Virus record (IMG/VR): IMGVR_UViG_3300018411_000639
Location: 48,617-112,616 of that record
Reading direction: 5' to 3' (one strand)
DNA: 64,000 bases
From: a virus
Under the pieces are notes generated by a model that made no database searches, was not told the DNA's origin, and saw nothing but the letters and a program-made list of their open reading frames with translations. The position numbers and the translations under genes are program-made. Shown one piece after another: positions 60,097 to 64,000 of this stretch (within the stretch, counting starts at the first letter, position 1; each line of letters begins with the position of its first letter).

Positions 60097-60132
60097 TTGC
60101 GGGGGACTCTCCTTCTGTGCGTGGATGTGATG

Positions 60133-60148
60133 GTGTCGGAATTGATAC
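60133..60148 (+). promoter_or_regulatory. 16-bp box (15/16) directly upstream of the HTH gene
   Basis: GTGTCGGAATTGATAC. Confidence 0.75.
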
Positions 60149-60417
60149 TATTGAGCCTTCTCTGGTTTGCGAGCTGACGACATGCGATACATGTTCTTCG
60201 TTAGCTTAGTGAGGCCCTTGTCGAATGCCTTGCGTAGACGGGACTTCTCTGCGGGAGCGGTAGCTTGCTCTTCCAACTCCTGAAGACGCTTGAGTTTTGT
60301 AGTCAATCGCATCGCCTCTCGCTGTAGTTCTTCTGCCGCTTCCCTCTTCTTAGTGGGTGTCTGCTTAGCCTTGTTTGTTTCCCATGATTTTAGTTGACGC
60401 TTGCTCTTTGTGTTCAT
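60148..60417 (-). CDS. Small basic coiled-coil protein
   Basis: 89 aa, Lys/Arg-rich; AAAGGA RBS. Confidence 0.7.
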   Translation of the reverse strand: MNTKSKRQLKSWETNKAKQTPTKKREAAEELQREAMRLTTKLKRLQELEEQATAPAEKSRLRKAFDKGLTKLTKNMYRMSSARKPEKAQ

Positions 60418-60437
60418 AATAGGCCGTCCTTTCTATG

Positions 60438-60453
60438 GTGTCAATTCCGACAC
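60438..60453 (-). promoter_or_regulatory. 16-bp box (exact, inverted orientation); its TTGACA also forms a TTGACA-17-TATTAT promoter (60416-60444)
   Basis: Plus strand reads GTGTCAATTCCGACAC. Confidence 0.8.
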
Positions 60454-60467
60454 GTTATCTTTCTGTC

Positions 60468-60497
60468 ATTATACCCTTTCTGCTTCATCTGTGTCAA
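60468..60497 (-). promoter_or_regulatory. Consensus SigA promoter of the regulator operon
   Basis: TTGACA-18 bp-TATAAT. Confidence 0.8.
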
Positions 60498-61002
60498 TCT
60501 GCTACAAAACCTATTAGGGGTAAAAATTGGAGCAAATATTTTTAGAGGTCGTGCTCAGCGTCCAATACTAGCCTTCTAAGGTTCTGCCCCACCCCTCCCG
60601 CACAAGTCTTTGAGAGCGAAGCGAACGCGCTCCAGTGAGCATTTACGCCCCTTTTCCTGATGATAGCGTTCGTTTGGCTCTGTCTTGGTCTTGGCGTCCG
60701 CAAGGACGATGGATACTCCGCCTCTCTGCCTTGTCTGCTGTTCCCCCCCCTTTCCGCTTCTGTGATCCTCTCGCTCTCTCTTGTGGTTCTCTGCCGTGAC
60801 TGCCCGCTCTCACACCGCCGGCCATAGGTGTGTAAAAATAGAGATATTTTTGCTGGGTACCAGGTCCTATATATGTGAGTGTTTTCTTTAGATTAATGCC
60901 CCACCCTATCTGAGCGAGCACATCACATACTAGGAGGAGTTCATCACCAAGAATACACTGTCGCACTGTCACTCAAGCACCCATCCTGAGGAGGAAACCA
61001 TC

Positions 61003-61968
61003 ATGAATAACACACAATTAGCATCAAGAATCGCAGCAACTTTATCAGACGGAACACGCATCGACGTAACACCAACAGAAGCTATCTCTCTATCTAGCGT
61101 AGTAGAGCTACACTCTGTAATCAGATCCATCGTTCCATCTAACAAGAAAGGTCTTGCTATCACTTCCGCTACTGCATACGGATCAGACAACAAGGTCATC
61201 TCTTTGCCAATCGTCGCTGTCACTGAAGCCAACACATCCAAGGAGGATACAAACATGAACAAGAAGACAAGAGCAGAACTAGAAGAAGAACTGAAAGCAG
61301 CTAGAGCATGTGGCGTAAAGATAGCCGATAAGATGTTCAGAACCGAAGACGAAGCAGCCAGAGATGTACTAAACGAAGAACTGAATACCATCGCGGGCCG
61401 CCTTGTGGAGCTAACTGATGAGCTATCCGGAGAGGCTGACATCGAACCTGAGACTGAGAGTAACGAGTCATTCTTCGACAAAGAGTTTGATGCAACAGTA
61501 GAAGAGCTAGAGGCAGCCGTAGAAGAAGCTGTAAAAGACTTGAAAGGAGCTAAAGCTAAACAGTACATCAAAGCCCTGTTCTCTGCTGACGACAAAGACG
61601 TATACGACACACTGTTGCGTTCTATCAATGGAGCCGTACATAACTCTAGTATTGCCATGTCTACACGCCGTAAACTGAAAGATAACTTCAGCAAGATCGA
61701 CGCTAAGTCTTTCCTTATCCTTGACGGTGTAGATGTGTCTAAGAAGGCTGAGGTACTTGCTAAATTGAAACTGATGATCACTTTGGTTGTCCGTAAAACA
61801 CTGGCTCTACTAGAAGGAACTGCATTCTTTGTATTTGATGCGACTTCTATCCTTGGTGTAATGGTCTCTCGTATTGCCTACACAACTGCACGTGAAGTGG
61901 TCTACGCTTCTAGCTCTCTTATCTCTGCATTCAAAGGGGATATCCTTGAGCATGTCAAACAAGCCTAA
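61003..61968 (+). CDS. Hypothetical early-type protein with an internal in-frame start at 61255
   Basis: GAGGAGG RBS; acidic coiled coil and hydrophobic C-terminus. Confidence 0.75.
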   Translation: MNNTQLASRIAATLSDGTRIDVTPTEAISLSSVVELHSVIRSIVPSNKKGLAITSATAYGSDNKVISLPIVAVTEANTSKEDTNMNKKTRAELEEELKAARACGVKIADKMFRTEDEAARDVLNEELNTIAGRLVELTDELSGEADIEPETESNESFFDKEFDATVEELEAAVEEAVKDLKGAKAKQYIKALFSADDKDVYDTLLRSINGAVHNSSIAMSTRRKLKDNFSKIDAKSFLILDGVDVSKKAEVLAKLKLMITLVVRKTLALLEGTAFFVFDATSILGVMVSRIAYTTAREVVYASSSLISAFKGDILEHVKQA

Positions 61969-61988
61969 CAACTAACTGAATACAACTC

Positions 61989-62019
61989 AGGGTATAGGGG
62001 TAACTCTATGCCCTTTTTT
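61989..62019 (+). terminator. Intrinsic terminator
   Basis: AGGGTATAGGG-GTAA-CTCTATGCCCT hairpin followed by TTTTT. Confidence 0.8.
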
Positions 62020-62084
62020 ATATTGTCCACTTGCATACAGGACATTAACTATGTATGACTACTAACCTACTGGAGGAAACAACA

Positions 62085-62456
62085 ATGAACACAACTACTA
62101 CTAACACAACTACTCGCAACGAAATGGTAAGACGCAACCGACGTAACCTAGCATGGATCGCAGTGGGCTTGATTGCTGCTATCGGGGTATTCCTTTGTTG
62201 GGATGCGATTACCTACATGGTTCAGTATAACTGGTCTCCTGTACCTCATTCTCATAATCGTGATGTTATGGCTTATGAAGTAACAGATGCCCTTACTACG
62301 CAGGCAGGGATACTGAATATGTTCACATTGCCTCTATTCCTTGTGATCGCTGTAAATACTGTATCTCTTGTTGTTCGTATCTATGTCAACCGTAACAAAT
62401 ACTCTGCACAGGTAGTCAACACAGAGTCCGTCGTTACTGCTAAGAAAGCTGCTTAA
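62085..62456 (+). CDS. Small membrane protein (two predicted TM helices)
   Basis: GGAGG RBS before ATG 62085 (ORF open from 62055); two hydrophobic stretches. Confidence 0.75.
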   Translation: MNTTTTNTTTRNEMVRRNRRNLAWIAVGLIAAIGVFLCWDAITYMVQYNWSPVPHSHNRDVMAYEVTDALTTQAGILNMFTLPLFLVIAVNTVSLVVRIYVNRNKYSAQVVNTESVVTAKKAA

Positions 62457-62491
62457 TCTTTACCCATACAAACATATTAGGAGGAATTATC

Positions 62492-63058
62492 ATGCAAACA
62501 ACTAACCTTAACACTATCAGCCGCATCAAGAACAATCTAAGACTACACGTTCGTATCGTCACATCAGCTAGTGACATCATCAGAACGATGAAGGACGAGA
62601 GTCTGAACCTCGTGGAGTACCAAGTGATGGAGTCCTTCGAGGGAATCACTGTAGTCAAGTCCGAGCAAACGCTAGGTGTATTGGGCGCCGCTGTTGCTTG
62701 CGTCACTTATGACATGTTTGGTGATCGGATCATCTACGTGGACAGCTTCTTTGAAGCCTTATCCCCTGACGCGCAGGAGTTCGTCTTATGGCATGAGGTA
62801 GGTCACACCAAGGATGCAGAGCTTGTTCCGGCCCATCTCCTTGTAGGTCAAGTCAGGCGCAGAGTTTCTCTGTTGAGAGGTGAGGTTTCTCGAGAGGAAG
62901 CTTTCGCAGACGACTACGCTGCTTCAAAGATGGGATCTGATCGAGCAGTTTATGCACTAAATGAGCTGCTTCTCTTTTCATCATCTCTCAAGGTTTTGGG
63001 TACGGATGCTGAGGTGAAGCTCAGAATTGATCGCATCCAAGCAGGACGCAGAATCTAA
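62492..63058 (+). CDS. HExxH zinc metallopeptidase-like protein (M48/ImmA-like)
   Basis: FVLWHEVGH..EEAFADDYA..RIDRI. Confidence 0.7.
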   Translation: MQTTNLNTISRIKNNLRLHVRIVTSASDIIRTMKDESLNLVEYQVMESFEGITVVKSEQTLGVLGAAVACVTYDMFGDRIIYVDSFFEALSPDAQEFVLWHEVGHTKDAELVPAHLLVGQVRRRVSLLRGEVSREEAFADDYAASKMGSDRAVYALNELLLFSSSLKVLGTDAEVKLRIDRIQAGRRI

Positions 63059-63072
63059 ACACCCTGTATCAA

Positions 63073-63142
63073 ACTCGTTAGGGCGAGTATAAACAGACTT
63101 TAAGCCCTAAGCGTCTAGCCTCTCTATGGGGGCTAGGGTAGT
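63073..63142 (+). ncRNA. Pistol self-cleaving ribozyme
   Basis: P1 ACUCG/CGAGU; loop UUAGGG pseudoknots with CCCUAA; AUAAACAG linker; P2 ACU/AGU; GCG; 10-bp P3; GU cleavage dinucleotide at 63138-63139. Confidence 0.92.
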
Positions 63143-63209
63143 AACTAGATTTACTAGCAGAGCACACTGCAAACAAAGCCGTGCATTTGCACAAAGAAAG
63201 GACTCTATC

Positions 63210-64000
63210 ATGACTACATCTACTACTCAATTCAACACAATGACTAAGGCAGCTCTATTCGCTTTTGCTGCAGAAAAAGGCATCAAAGTCTTGAAGAAGA
63301 TGGACAAAGCAACTCTTATCCAAACGATCGTGACAGCTCTTGCTCAACAGCCTGCTGAGGCGCCAGCCGAAGCACCTACTGAACAAGTAGAGGAGATTGT
63401 TGTCCTTGGCTCTATCCTTGGCGGTGTGAACTACGACGATCTAGCGGAGATTGTTGAGATCGCAGAGGAAGAAGAAGTCGTAGAAGAGGAAGTTGTTGCC
63501 CCTACACAAGAACCAGTTCAACCCGTAGCTGTCGGTAGCTATGTGAAATGGGTGAAAGGTCCTTCTTACTTCAAGGTGAACCGCTATGGCTACAAGGACT
63601 CTGTCTACACTGCTGAACTTGTATCCAAGAAGAACGCTACAGACAAAGAGCTGTCTTTCCACTATGTACCTGCTGACTTCATCGGTACAGTCCAAGGGGT
63701 TACGTTCGTACCTGTTACTCGTCAAGAGGTCGCTCTGGCATACAAAGCGAAGTCAGCCCCTAAGTCACCCATCAAGTCAGCCCCTAAGTCTGCACCTGCT
63801 GTTCGTGAAACGACTCATGCGAACTCTAAGCGTTTCGTTGTGAACGTGACAGAGAACAGATTCGGCTACCGTAACTGGTCCATCACAGACAAAGTGACTA
63901 AGAACACCTTCCCTGTAGAAGAAGGCAAGTCTGTTACTCGCATGGTGCGCTCTTACCAAGCCCGCGTTAAAGGTGTGGCTGCTAAGGTGACGATCACAGA
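63210..64000 (+). CDS. Hypothetical protein (5' part) with an N-terminal Rho-N/HeH-like helical domain
   Basis: Absent from the ORF track (runs off the window). AAAGGA RBS; MTKAALFAFAAEKGIKVLKKMDKATLIQTI; acidic linker; KSAP repeats. Confidence 0.7.
   Translation, partial: MTTSTTQFNTMTKAALFAFAAEKGIKVLKKMDKATLIQTIVTALAQQPAEAPAEAPTEQVEEIVVLGSILGGVNYDDLAEIVEIAEEEEVVEEEVVAPTQEPVQPVAVGSYVKWVKGPSYFKVNRYGYKDSVYTAELVSKKNATDKELSFHYVPADFIGTVQGVTFVPVTRQEVALAYKAKSAPKSPIKSAPKSAPAVRETTHANSKRFVVNVTENRFGYRNWSITDKVTKNTFPVEEGKSVTRMVRSYQARVKGVAAKVTIT

Larger units (their letters stand above)
1..64000. mobile_element. Segment of a large myovirus-type phage genome (packaging, head, fibre and tail modules plus the start of a divergent early region)
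   Basis: Terminase, portal, protease, capsid, sheath, tube and lysis genes in co-oriented synteny; no host housekeeping genes seen. Confidence 0.95.

Noticed and set aside
60655-60712. CUGAUGA plus a GUCC-GCAA-GGAC hairpin resembling a hammerhead ribozyme
   Set aside because: No GAAA after the stem, and stems I and III cannot be built
60811-60870. Second pistol-like hairpin/pseudoknot (CACACC..GGUGUG UAAAAAUAG..GCUGG)
   Set aside because: Lacks the GCG, P2, P3 and the GU cleavage junction
60643-61781. Minus-strand ORFs 60643..60972 and 60969..61781
   Set aside because: The first spans a low-complexity tract; the second is antisense to 61003..61968, which has a strong RBS
1-64000. tRNA or rRNA genes
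   Set aside because: No cloverleaf or T-loop signature noticed in the few intergenic gaps (manual inspection only)

Overview
This 64 kb window is a segment of a large contractile-tailed (myovirus-type) phage genome. SigA-type promoters, GGAGG ribosome-binding sites and an amidase-LysM-SH3 endolysin point to a Gram-positive (Bacillota) host. Positions 1-60.4 kb form one leftward (minus-strand) packaging and morphogenesis region. In transcription order it holds: a small HTH-Zn regulator operon, terminase, endolysin/holin, portal, prohead protease, capsid genes, about 26 kb of fibre/appendage genes, neck, two sheath paralogs, tube and tube paralogs, two chaperones, and two giant proteins at the tape-measure position. 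A divergent rightward cluster of early-type genes starts at 61 kb. The layout recalls large Bacillus myoviruses such as 0305phi8-36, but I judged this from memory and ran no search. Main observations: (1) a 16-bp quasi-palindrome, GTGTCGGAATTGACAC, occurs at least 9 times, at promoters and inside genes in different reading frames, and lies on both sides of the gene just upstream of a small HTH-zinc-ribbon gene; (2) the giant tail-locus proteins carry intact DEDDh and Cas4-like PD-(D/E)XK nuclease motifs plus a degenerate SNase domain; (3) two structural folds, an Ig repeat and a tail-tube fold, each appear split between adjacent genes; (4) a canonical pistol ribozyme lies at 63073-63142; (5) there is a candidate C-rich anti-Shine-Dalgarno sRNA. 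All protein calls come from motif reading and synteny only.
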